Assembly: GCA_028822845.1 (NCBI GenBank)
Contig: JAPKCS010000001.1
Coordinates: 68,416 to 132,415 of the forward strand
Direction of reading: 5' to 3'
Length of the DNA stretch: 64,000 bases
From: Candidatus Poseidoniaceae archaeon
GTDB lineage: Archaea > Thermoplasmatota > Poseidoniia > Poseidoniales > Poseidoniaceae
The notes under the pieces are model-generated. The model did not search any database. It saw only the letters and a list, made by a program, of their open reading frames with translations, and was not told the origin of the DNA. Both the position numbers and the translations under genes were made by a program. Shown here piece after piece: positions 9,227-16,921 of the stretch. How positions within the stretch are numbered: the stretch's first letter is position 1; each line of letters starts with the position of its first letter.

Positions 9227-10870
9227 ATGAGCACTTCCGCTTCCTCCCGTCCACGGGCCCTCCTGAGTGTATTTGACAAGACAGGCATCGTTGAATTTGC
9301 AACAGCACTTTCCAACCTTGGATTTGAATTGGCTTCAACCGGCGGCACTGCCCGCACCCTACGGGCTGCAGGCTTGGACGTCATCGGCGTGTCCGACATC
9401 ACCGGCCATCCCGAAATTTTCGACGGCCGGGTCAAAACCCTCCACCCCGCAATCCACGGCCCTCTCCTTGCGAGGCTCGAAACAGAGGCAGATCGCAAGG
9501 GACTCGCCGATCTTGGATATGCCCCGATTCAAATTGTCGCATGCAATCTCTATCCGTTTTCAGATGCGGCCCGCCAAGAACCACCACTGGACGACCTTGC
9601 ATTGCTGGAAATGGTCGATATCGGCGGTCCAACAATGGTTCGAGCATCAGCAAAGAACCACAGAAACGTCATCATTGCTTCCAACCCAGCCCGCTATCCT
9701 TCGATCGTCGAAGCCCTCAATGCAGCGGGTGGCGCCGAAGGTGTTGGTTTGGACCTCCGTCGCGCATTAGCATTGGAAGCATATGAGCACACTGCAGCTT
9801 ACGATACCGCCATCAGCGACGAACTCCACGCCCGCTGGGTTGGCCGTCCTGAACACAGCGATGACACCGCTGAGCAAACCGCTCGTCTGCCAAACACACT
9901 GCTTGCATCTGCCTCAAAATCACATACACTGCGCTATGGCGAGAACAGCCACCAGGCCGCAGCGCTCTACATTGATCCAAAAGCGACAGGGCTCAACACG
10001 ACCCTTGTTACGGCAAAGGTCGAGGGTGAGAAACCAATGTCCTACAACAATTATTCTGACGCAGATGCAACGCTAAGGTTGTGCCGTGCCCTGTCAACCG
10101 ATGAGTGGCCAGAAACCCCGCATGTCTGCATCATCGTCAAGCACAACAACCCCTGTGGTGCTGCTTTGGGTGCAACTCAATTGGAAGCGTATGAAGCAGC
10201 ATTGGCCAGCGATCCAGAATCCGCTTTCGGGTCCATCATCTGTTTCAACGAGCCACTCGAACCAGCAACGGCTCATGCCATGGAACCACTTTTCATTGAA
10301 GTTTTGATGGCGCCAGCATACGACGATGAAGCGAAATCCATCGTCATGGCAAAGAAAAATAGACGCATCCTCACCATCGATTCACCAAAGAACCGTCTTT
10401 CCCCACTCGAACGAATTTTAGTTCGAAAGCCAATTGAAGGCGGCTGGCTTGTTCAGACCGAAGAAGCCCCTGTCATCGACTGGAGCAAAGCGAAGGTAGC
10501 AACAGAACTTGCACCTACAGAAGCCCAAATTGCAAGCATGAAGTTTGCCGTTCGGGTGTGCGAGCAAGTAAAGTCGAATGCGATTGTCATGGTTCAAGGC
10601 GTTGCAACTGTTGGTATCGGGCCGGGTCAAACAAGCCGGGTCGAAGCTGTAAAAATCGCAGCTCGACGAGCAGGCGAACGCGCCCAAGGATGTGTTCTCG
10701 CTTCGGATGCCTTCTTCCCATTCAAAGACGGACTTGAACAAGCTGCAGAATCAGGCGCAGCTTCAATCGTCCAACCCGGGGGCTCAATTCGAGACCAGGA
10801 AGTCATCGATGCTGCGAATGAGCGAGGTATTTCGATGCTGTTCACCGGCCACCGACTGTTCCGGCACTGA
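9227..10870 (+). CDS. purH: Bifunctional AICAR transformylase / IMP cyclohydrolase
   Basis: 'ALLSVFDKTG', 'GRVKTLHP', 'DIGGPTMVRASAKN', 'LRYGENSHQ', 'KHNNPCG', 'SDAFFPF', 'QPGGS', 'RLFRH'. Confidence 0.97.
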   Translation: MSTSASSRPRALLSVFDKTGIVEFATALSNLGFELASTGGTARTLRAAGLDVIGVSDITGHPEIFDGRVKTLHPAIHGPLLARLETEADRKGLADLGYAPIQIVACNLYPFSDAARQEPPLDDLALLEMVDIGGPTMVRASAKNHRNVIIASNPARYPSIVEALNAAGGAEGVGLDLRRALALEAYEHTAAYDTAISDELHARWVGRPEHSDDTAEQTARLPNTLLASASKSHTLRYGENSHQAAALYIDPKATGLNTTLVTAKVEGEKPMSYNNYSDADATLRLCRALSTDEWPETPHVCIIVKHNNPCGAALGATQLEAYEAALASDPESAFGSIICFNEPLEPATAHAMEPLFIEVLMAPAYDDEAKSIVMAKKNRRILTIDSPKNRLSPLERILVRKPIEGGWLVQTEEAPVIDWSKAKVATELAPTEAQIASMKFAVRVCEQVKSNAIVMVQGVATVGIGPGQTSRVEAVKIAARRAGERAQGCVLASDAFFPFKDGLEQAAESGAASIVQPGGSIRDQEVIDAANERGISMLFTGHRLFRH

Positions 10871-10914
10871 ATTACCACGCAAGGATTGATACCTTGAGGT
10901 TGTGACCGAAGGGC

Positions 10915-11094
10915 ATGGGCCATCTTGCAGATATCGACAAGTCGTACCTAAGTCATCTCATCGGAGCATGGAAAATGGCATTCTGGTTCGCCCTTGGCTC
11001 AATCCGACTCATCGTCCACGGTATTCTACCAAATTTCGACGAAAACGCAGGTCAAGATACGGTCGATCATTATTCTCCGCCAGCAAAAAATTAG
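10915..11094 (+). CDS. Small membrane-associated protein, DUF6356-like (59 aa, not in the ORF track)
   Basis: Manual translation: MGHLADIDKSYLSHLIGAWKMAFWFALGSIRLIVHGILPNFDENAGQDTVDHYSPPAKN. It has the HL..SY..H..A / IHxxxP pattern and fills the purH-ybaN gap without overlap. Confidence 0.7.
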   Translation: MGHLADIDKSYLSHLIGAWKMAFWFALGSIRLIVHGILPNFDENAGQDTVDHYSPPAKN

Positions 11095-11099
11095 GCCAT

Positions 11100-11624
11100 T
11101 CAATCAACAGTGGGCACTTTCCATCCGACCCACCAAACACCAATAATCGCAACAATTGCGATGAGCGTTTGGCCAAAACCAGGGTCGCCAGCTTTGGTAA
11201 TGCCCCAGATTGAGACGCCCGACACAACACAAATGATTGCGCTGATCAGGATTTTCGAGTGCAAGGGCAACGCTCTTCCCGACCGGTAATATTCGAGAAG
11301 TGCTGGGCCAAAGATACGGTTGGTGAGCAACCAACGAAACAACTTCTGGCTCGACCTAGCAAAGCAGTATGCAGCGAGGACAAGCCACGACGTTGTCGGC
11401 CATCCAGGTACGACAATGCCAATGACGGCGAAAACGACGGCGATTGAGCCGACAACAACCCAAAGCCCACGGATGAAGGCGTTCTTGGAAGGTTTGTGCT
11501 CAGAGAGAACACGTTGGATGACCACCTCATCATCGCTGGAGTGGTCGAGTGAAATCGACTCTGGGTTGAGTTCAGAGCCTTCTTTCGTGGCCGCAGCGGC
11601 ATCTTTACTCATTGACCTCGACAT
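11100..11624 (-). CDS. YbaN/DUF454 family membrane protein
   Basis: 'IGIVVPGWPTTSWLVLAAYCFARSSQKLFRWLL...FGP' is the DUF454 signature. Confidence 0.85.
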   Translation of the reverse strand: MSRSMSKDAAAATKEGSELNPESISLDHSSDDEVVIQRVLSEHKPSKNAFIRGLWVVVGSIAVVFAVIGIVVPGWPTTSWLVLAAYCFARSSQKLFRWLLTNRIFGPALLEYYRSGRALPLHSKILISAIICVVSGVSIWGITKAGDPGFGQTLIAIVAIIGVWWVGWKVPTVD

Positions 11625-11700
11625 GCGCTAAAGCGTGAGGATGAAAAACTAATGGGCGCGACTCCGAAGCGCTCAAGGACATGTTGCAGCACCCTTGTCC

Positions 11701-12345
11701 ATGGCGCACCCCCATGTTCCCCTTCGTACCGGGAGCGCGTCATCACCGATCCGTTGTGCGATTCTAATTTCTGGTTCAGGCTCGGGAATGGAAGCCATGA
11801 TCCGTTACCAACAAACCAATGTTGACTGCGGGCATCAAACTGTTTTGGTTCTTTCAGATCGCCCAGACGTGAAGGGATTGGACCGCGCCGGCCGCCTTGG
11901 CGTGGACTCGGTGTGTGTGCCATTGCCAAGCATAACAGATCATGCCGAGCGCCGGCTACAACACGAACAAGCCATCCAAAAACACCTCGAAATGGCGGAA
12001 GTCGAATTGGTTCTCTTGAGTGGGTACATGCGCCTCGTCTCCCCATTTTTGATCCATAATTGGCCAAACTGTCTTCTCAACATCCACCCCTCATTGTTAC
12101 CGGCGTTTCCCGGTGCACACGCCCACAGAGATGTCCTTGCTGCTGGAGTCAACGTCTCAGGCTGCACGGTTCATTATGTGGATGAAGGCATGGATACGGG
12201 AGCCATCCTTGCTCAGCGAAGGGTCCCAGTGTTTCCTGGTGATGATGTTGCTTTGTTGGCCGAGCGAGTCAAAGTAGAGGAGCACACCCTCTATCCAATG
12301 GTCATCGACCGCTTGGTTGGTTCTTCTTTGGAAAAGGCTGATTGA
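11701..12345 (+). CDS. purN: Phosphoribosylglycinamide formyltransferase
   Basis: 'ILISGSGSGM', 'LSGYMR', 'LNIHPSLLPAFPG', 'GCTVHYVDEGMDTGAIL'. Confidence 0.95.
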   Translation: MAHPHVPLRTGSASSPIRCAILISGSGSGMEAMIRYQQTNVDCGHQTVLVLSDRPDVKGLDRAGRLGVDSVCVPLPSITDHAERRLQHEQAIQKHLEMAEVELVLLSGYMRLVSPFLIHNWPNCLLNIHPSLLPAFPGAHAHRDVLAAGVNVSGCTVHYVDEGMDTGAILAQRRVPVFPGDDVALLAERVKVEEHTLYPMVIDRLVGSSLEKAD

Positions 12346-12817
12346 AATTCTGCATTTGCCTTTCGAGTGAACCGAGGTTCACATCCGGCAGTGTAGAAAA
12401 CATTTCTTGGATTGATTTGGCATCCATCTTTGGCGTCCAACCATCGGGGCAATTGCTCAGCAACGGTTGACGGTTTCCTTGGCCATCGAATGGGACGCCA
12501 CCCTTTGAATCAATGAGGGCCAACAACCCCTCTTTTTCAAGCATAAAAGCATCACAGGGAATGAATTGAACCGTACCAACAACCTGATCGAGGGACCAAT
12601 ACAACACATCCATCAGTGACGTAGAGGAGGGCGGATCCGGCCAAACTTCGCCGGAAAACATATGCTTCCGTCGTTCAGAACCGCATAAGGTGACGACCCT
12701 TTCTATGCCAATCGACTTGGCAAGGCCTACGATTCGTTCAACGCCCCCGGCCATCAACGCCTTATCCTCACCCATCCGGGTGCTCTTTCCACCAGCAAGG
12801 ATGAACGCAGTCACCAT
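12302..12817 (-). CDS. MobA-like nucleotidyltransferase (NTP_transf_3)
   Basis: 'ILAGGKSTRMGEDKA', 'PCD', 'QPL', 'NFN'; shorter than a typical MobA; overlaps the purN 3' end. Confidence 0.75.
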   Translation of the reverse strand: MVTAFILAGGKSTRMGEDKALMAGGVERIVGLAKSIGIERVVTLCGSERRKHMFSGEVWPDPPSSTSLMDVLYWSLDQVVGTVQFIPCDAFMLEKEGLLALIDSKGGVPFDGQGNRQPLLSNCPDGWTPKMDAKSIQEMFSTLPDVNLGSLERQMQNFNQPFPKKNQPSGR

Positions 12818-12829
12818 GATGAGACCACC

Positions 12830-13069
12830 TCAGGCCATTTCGTCAAGTCCATCTAGTGCCCGTTCAAGTTCTGCCAAGAGGCTACGAACCCGTTCCAACA
12901 AAGCACGTCGTTCACGACTCGATCTTGCTTCAGGTAACCATTCCAACAAGCGACGAACATCTTGAGCGTCTCGTTCGACGGTCCATTGGTAGACCGCTTC
13001 AAGGACGGGGTCATCAGATGGGAGGAAGCGTTCGCTCATCGACTGGGGCTCAGTGCGGCGGGGCTTCAA
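12830..13069 (-). CDS. Small helical hypothetical protein
   Basis: In operon with its neighbours (TTGA overlap with the upstream stop); alternative ATG at 13039. Confidence 0.6.
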   Translation of the reverse strand: MKPRRTEPQSMSERFLPSDDPVLEAVYQWTVERDAQDVRRLLEWLPEARSSRERRALLERVRSLLAELERALDGLDEMA

Positions 13070-13692
13070 TGCTCCTGCGAAAGCAACCGAGTACGAATGC
13101 GCTCAAACAGGTCACCGCCTCGGGGCGCAGTCGCAACCAAGCCCCTTGCTTCACCCATGCTGTCTTTTCTCAGGGACAGAAACAGAACGGCCACCTGATG
13201 CCATAATTCACTTTGACCCGCCATGGCACTCAACCATTGGTCGTTAGGAATGTTGTGGCCCCCGCGAATCATTTCTTCCGCAATCTCGAGCAAAGCCCCT
13301 AGAGGTTCTTGTTCCTTGAAGAGGTGAATCAACACCAACCATGGATCTTCACCAAGTTCAGTTTCTGACATGTTGGCGAGAAGCAGGCCAACGAGCGCAA
13401 GGTCTTCTTGGCCGTGACGTTTCCAAAGCGCAGGAATAAGTCGAGCGACTCGTCGATGATCTTCACCACCCGAGGTTAACAACCAGGAAGCAATTGTTCT
13501 CACCTCTGGATTCGGGCAACCGATGTGGAATGAATATCCGCCGCTGTGGGCGAGCAAGTCTGTTGCCGGTTTCGCCATCAAACCCGGGACCCCGGTGTGG
13601 TAGGCCTTCAGAATGAATTTCATGGTTTTACGACGAGACCGAAGCAGCTTTGGCTGAGGCTCAGCCAACAAACGGTCCAACTGCCCATTCAT
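13066..13692 (-). CDS. Hypothetical alpha-helical protein
   Basis: 208-aa ORF coupled by ATGA overlap to the upstream gene. Confidence 0.7.
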   Translation of the reverse strand: MNGQLDRLLAEPQPKLLRSRRKTMKFILKAYHTGVPGLMAKPATDLLAHSGGYSFHIGCPNPEVRTIASWLLTSGGEDHRRVARLIPALWKRHGQEDLALVGLLLANMSETELGEDPWLVLIHLFKEQEPLGALLEIAEEMIRGGHNIPNDQWLSAMAGQSELWHQVAVLFLSLRKDSMGEARGLVATAPRGGDLFERIRTRLLSQEH

Positions 13693-14177
13693 TCAGGGCC
13701 ACCGTCGGAGGTCTTTTTTCGAACACTGTCAAAAATGTCTCCAACCAATCCAACGGAATCTCGCAGGGTCAACAGCATCTTGTCGATGACGTTTGGATCT
13801 TCGAATTTTTCCTTGACAATTTCTCGGAGCTCAGTTTCAATCATCAGGTGCTCATCCTCGTCGATGTCAAAGACAGAGCGAAGGTGGGCGAGGACTCTAA
13901 ATTCGTCACGGGAAAGTGAGGCGTTTACGATTGCCACTTCGAACACCTTGGTGTAAATCCCACGCGCTTGTGTCGGGGTGATTGGCGTGCCGGAGTCTGT
14001 CTCAGTCTTGCTTCGAATGGCCTCATAGATCACAGCTGGCTCTTCTGCCGTTAGGCTAAGGGCGCTTGCGAGTTTAATGATCAAGCGTTTCTCTTCGCGG
14101 GTCAAGACACCGTCGACAAGCATCACCTCAATGGTGCTGCGGAAGACGTCTAAACTGCGAGAAGAGGAGTTCGTCAC
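13689..14177 (-). CDS. TerB-like (tandem TerB-fold) protein
   Basis: 'VDGVLTREEKRLIIKLASALSL' and a second half 'NASLSRDEFRVLAHLRSVFDI'. Confidence 0.65.
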   Translation of the reverse strand: MTNSSSRSLDVFRSTIEVMLVDGVLTREEKRLIIKLASALSLTAEEPAVIYEAIRSKTETDSGTPITPTQARGIYTKVFEVAIVNASLSRDEFRVLAHLRSVFDIDEDEHLMIETELREIVKEKFEDPNVIDKMLLTLRDSVGLVGDIFDSVRKKTSDGGPE

Positions 14178-14328
14178 AAGCCGACCAAGGAGTTCCTGTT
14201 CTTGAATTCGTTGTATATGTGGGAACTGGTAAAAATCTGACTTTTCCTTGGCGAGGGTTGAAAAGGGGTAGGCTGCTCCGTTAGAACATCACCTCCCTTT
14301 CACGCAGCATCGGATTTATCTGAAGCAG

Positions 14329-14384
14329 CAGCCAAAGAACCGTTGAGCCATCGTGGCTCTACGCCCTAAGGAACGGGGCGGCTG
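14329..14384 (+). promoter_or_regulatory. Candidate structured RNA leader upstream of dnaG
   Basis: Stems CAGC/GCTG, GAGCCA/TGGCTC and CGCCCT/GGGGCG form a three-way junction 24 nt before the ATG. Confidence 0.4.
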
Positions 14385-14408
14385 ATAGAAAAAAAAAGAG
14401 GCATTCAT

Positions 14409-15653
14409 ATGAATAAAAGAAGCAACTCTGGTGGCCGCAGCAGCGGCAACAAACCAAGCAAGGCGATGAAGTACCAAATTCGCGCTGATATTAAGGTAAA
14501 CGGAACGGTCCAACGCAAGGACATCATCGGGGCCATTATGGGTCAAACCGAGGGTCTCCTTGGCGATGAACTCGAACTCCGAAAATTGCAACGCACAGCA
14601 CGTGTAGGTCACGTTGACGTGGAAATGGATACCAAGGGCGGAAAAGTCCACGGTATGATCATCATCCCGAGCAGCCTGGACAACGTCGAAACAGCGATCA
14701 TCGCATCGGCGCTTGAAACCATTGACCGAATTGGCCCATGCAGCGCTAAGATAAACGTCATCGAAATTCTTGATATCCGTGCATCAAAGCGTACAGCAGT
14801 CGTCGACCGAGCAAAGGAACTCCTGCTCAGCCTCGTCAACTCTGGCGAAGCAGCATCAAAGACCGTTATCGAAGAAGTCCGCTCCGTTCTTACAACGGGC
14901 ACGGCAACCAGCTTCCACGGCCTAACCTGTGGACCAAACATCGAGCAGTCGTCTTCCCTGATCATCGTGGAAGGACGAAACGATGTTCGAAATTTGCTGA
15001 ACTGTGGCCTTAAGAACGCAATCAGTGCCGATGGCGCTGGTACAATGAAGCAAGAACTGATCGACTTAGCCAACAGCAAAGAAACCGTCATCCTCGCAAT
15101 CGACGGCGACCGCGGTGGCGAAATGTTGTTCAGCCAACTGATGGAAATCATGAAAGTTGACTTTGTGGCACAAGCCCCAGTCGGCCAAGAATGGGAACTC
15201 CTTCCACAAAAGACAGTTACCATGTGCCTTCAGAAGAAGGTCGAAGCAAGCAAATTCGCTCACAACCTCAAGAAGAAGCAAGAGGAAGATGACGAGAAGG
15301 CAGGCGTTCCAGACAAAAACTGGGCAGAAGACATGGATGAAGAATTCGTTGTTGCGGAAGCACCAGCAGAAGTTCATGAAATGTTTGATCACCTCGACTC
15401 CCTTGACAAGAACAAGGCCGTTTTCGTAATGGTTGACGGTACTGTTTCTGACCCAGTCGGACCTTCCACTCTTTCGAAGGCAGCAGGTGCAGCAGATGGC
15501 GCAGTTGCTATCGTGTTCAATGGACCAGTCAGCGAACGAACCCTCGAGATTGCATCCGAGTCCGCTATTCAAACCGTCATTGGTACGAAGGCAGGCAAGG
15601 GCTTTGCAGAACGAGAAGACGTTTCCGCGTGGCTCTCTGAAGTACACCGCTGA
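14409..15653 (+). CDS. dnaG: Archaeal DnaG-like primase / exosome-associated protein
   Basis: 'DIIGAIMGQTEGLLGDELELRKLQ', 'ALETIDRIGPC', TOPRIM 'IIVEGRNDV' and 'DGDRGG'. Confidence 0.95.
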   Translation: MNKRSNSGGRSSGNKPSKAMKYQIRADIKVNGTVQRKDIIGAIMGQTEGLLGDELELRKLQRTARVGHVDVEMDTKGGKVHGMIIIPSSLDNVETAIIASALETIDRIGPCSAKINVIEILDIRASKRTAVVDRAKELLLSLVNSGEAASKTVIEEVRSVLTTGTATSFHGLTCGPNIEQSSSLIIVEGRNDVRNLLNCGLKNAISADGAGTMKQELIDLANSKETVILAIDGDRGGEMLFSQLMEIMKVDFVAQAPVGQEWELLPQKTVTMCLQKKVEASKFAHNLKKKQEEDDEKAGVPDKNWAEDMDEEFVVAEAPAEVHEMFDHLDSLDKNKAVFVMVDGTVSDPVGPSTLSKAAGAADGAVAIVFNGPVSERTLEIASESAIQTVIGTKAGKGFAEREDVSAWLSEVHR

Positions 15654-15703
15654 ATCGACCCCGACAGCCATCTTCATCTAAGGCGCCGCCTGTAGTCCAC
15701 CTT

Positions 15704-16921
15704 ATGGGCGACGGTGAAGAGCAAGAATGGTTCGACGACGACACGGATCCCTTTGGCGAACCTAAAGCCAAACCGGACGAGAAACCCATCGATGTTTCCG
15801 CTGATGATGAAGCGCCTTCAAGCGCTTCGGAACCATCTTCGGAGGGACAAGAAATTTCCTTTGAAGAAGAGGCGCTGGAAGAAGATCTTCCCGTGGCATG
15901 GGAGCTCCCAGTCAGGGCTGCACCAGTGCTGGCCCAAAACGGCGAGGACGTGGTCGAGTACCCCCTCACTCAGACCGCGAATGGGCACCTGACCACCTCG
16001 ATGATTGTCGATGAAGACCTTTTGCGGGTTGTCGACACGGAACTCGGAGCAGACGGGCATCGACGGATGAAGGTCCGAATGACCGTGAAACGAGACATCA
16101 CCGGTTTCAACCATCAACACAATGAACTGATGCATCAGCATCAAATGCTCTGGATTGGGTGCTTTCTTCTCGGATTGTTCATGGCCATGGCCAACTCAAT
16201 CGCGTTTGGTGTGCTCGGAGCCCTGTTGATGATCATCGGCGTACGCAGTTGGATTTTGATGCATCTGGAAACGCACATACTCGAATTTTCAAACCAAGGC
16301 GGTTCTCACAGTTTCGTTCTCAGAGCCTACGGGACCAACCGTGGATTCTTTCGAGCAAGCATGGCCCTCATCGGACCCATCATGGCTGAGTTCATTCGAA
16401 CGGGATCGATGAACGTTGACGAAGTCACCAACTTACACGCAGCAGTTCTCGCGCCCCCACCCGCTCCAACACCTCCACCGCAGATGATTGAGGTGGCATT
16501 GCCAGTTCCATCAGAGCCCCTTGCACAAGTTCCAGTCCCGGCCCCCCCAAGTGTTCCTGCACTGATCCAACAAAGCGGACCCCCTGCAACGACGCCTAGC
16601 ACACCTATGCCGGTGCCTCCAGCCCCACCCCGTGCCATTCCCCCACCACCCCAAGCGATTCCACCAGCACCTCAGGCCATACCTCCACCACCACCCCAAC
16701 CCATCGCACTTCCACCAGCTCCACTTCCGCCACCAATGCCGCTTCCATTGACGCTCGGCGCGGGTGTTGGACAATTGCCACCGCCAATGCCGCTCCCCGG
16801 GGGCCCTACGCCCCTTGATGCACCACTTCCCAATGCCCCACTGGTCGCAGTAGAAGCTTCGCCGGTGGAAGAAACACTGAGCGCAGATGAGCAAAACGAT
16901 TTGCTGAACGAATTGTCCTAA
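15704..16921 (+). CDS. Membrane protein with acidic N-terminus and long polyproline C-terminal region
   Basis: Two TM segments followed by about 130 residues dominated by PPP runs. Confidence 0.75.
   Translation: MGDGEEQEWFDDDTDPFGEPKAKPDEKPIDVSADDEAPSSASEPSSEGQEISFEEEALEEDLPVAWELPVRAAPVLAQNGEDVVEYPLTQTANGHLTTSMIVDEDLLRVVDTELGADGHRRMKVRMTVKRDITGFNHQHNELMHQHQMLWIGCFLLGLFMAMANSIAFGVLGALLMIIGVRSWILMHLETHILEFSNQGGSHSFVLRAYGTNRGFFRASMALIGPIMAEFIRTGSMNVDEVTNLHAAVLAPPPAPTPPPQMIEVALPVPSEPLAQVPVPAPPSVPALIQQSGPPATTPSTPMPVPPAPPRAIPPPPQAIPPAPQAIPPPPPQPIALPPAPLPPPMPLPLTLGAGVGQLPPPMPLPGGPTPLDAPLPNAPLVAVEASPVEETLSADEQNDLLNELS

Noticed and set aside
10902-11213. 103-aa ORF from the track
   Set aside because: Overlaps ybaN and lacks motifs; the 59-aa ORF at 10915-11094 fits the gap better.
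14315-14395. Hammerhead ribozyme in the dnaG leader
   Set aside because: CTGAAGC does not match the CUGANGA core, and the stem arrangement is not hammerhead-like.
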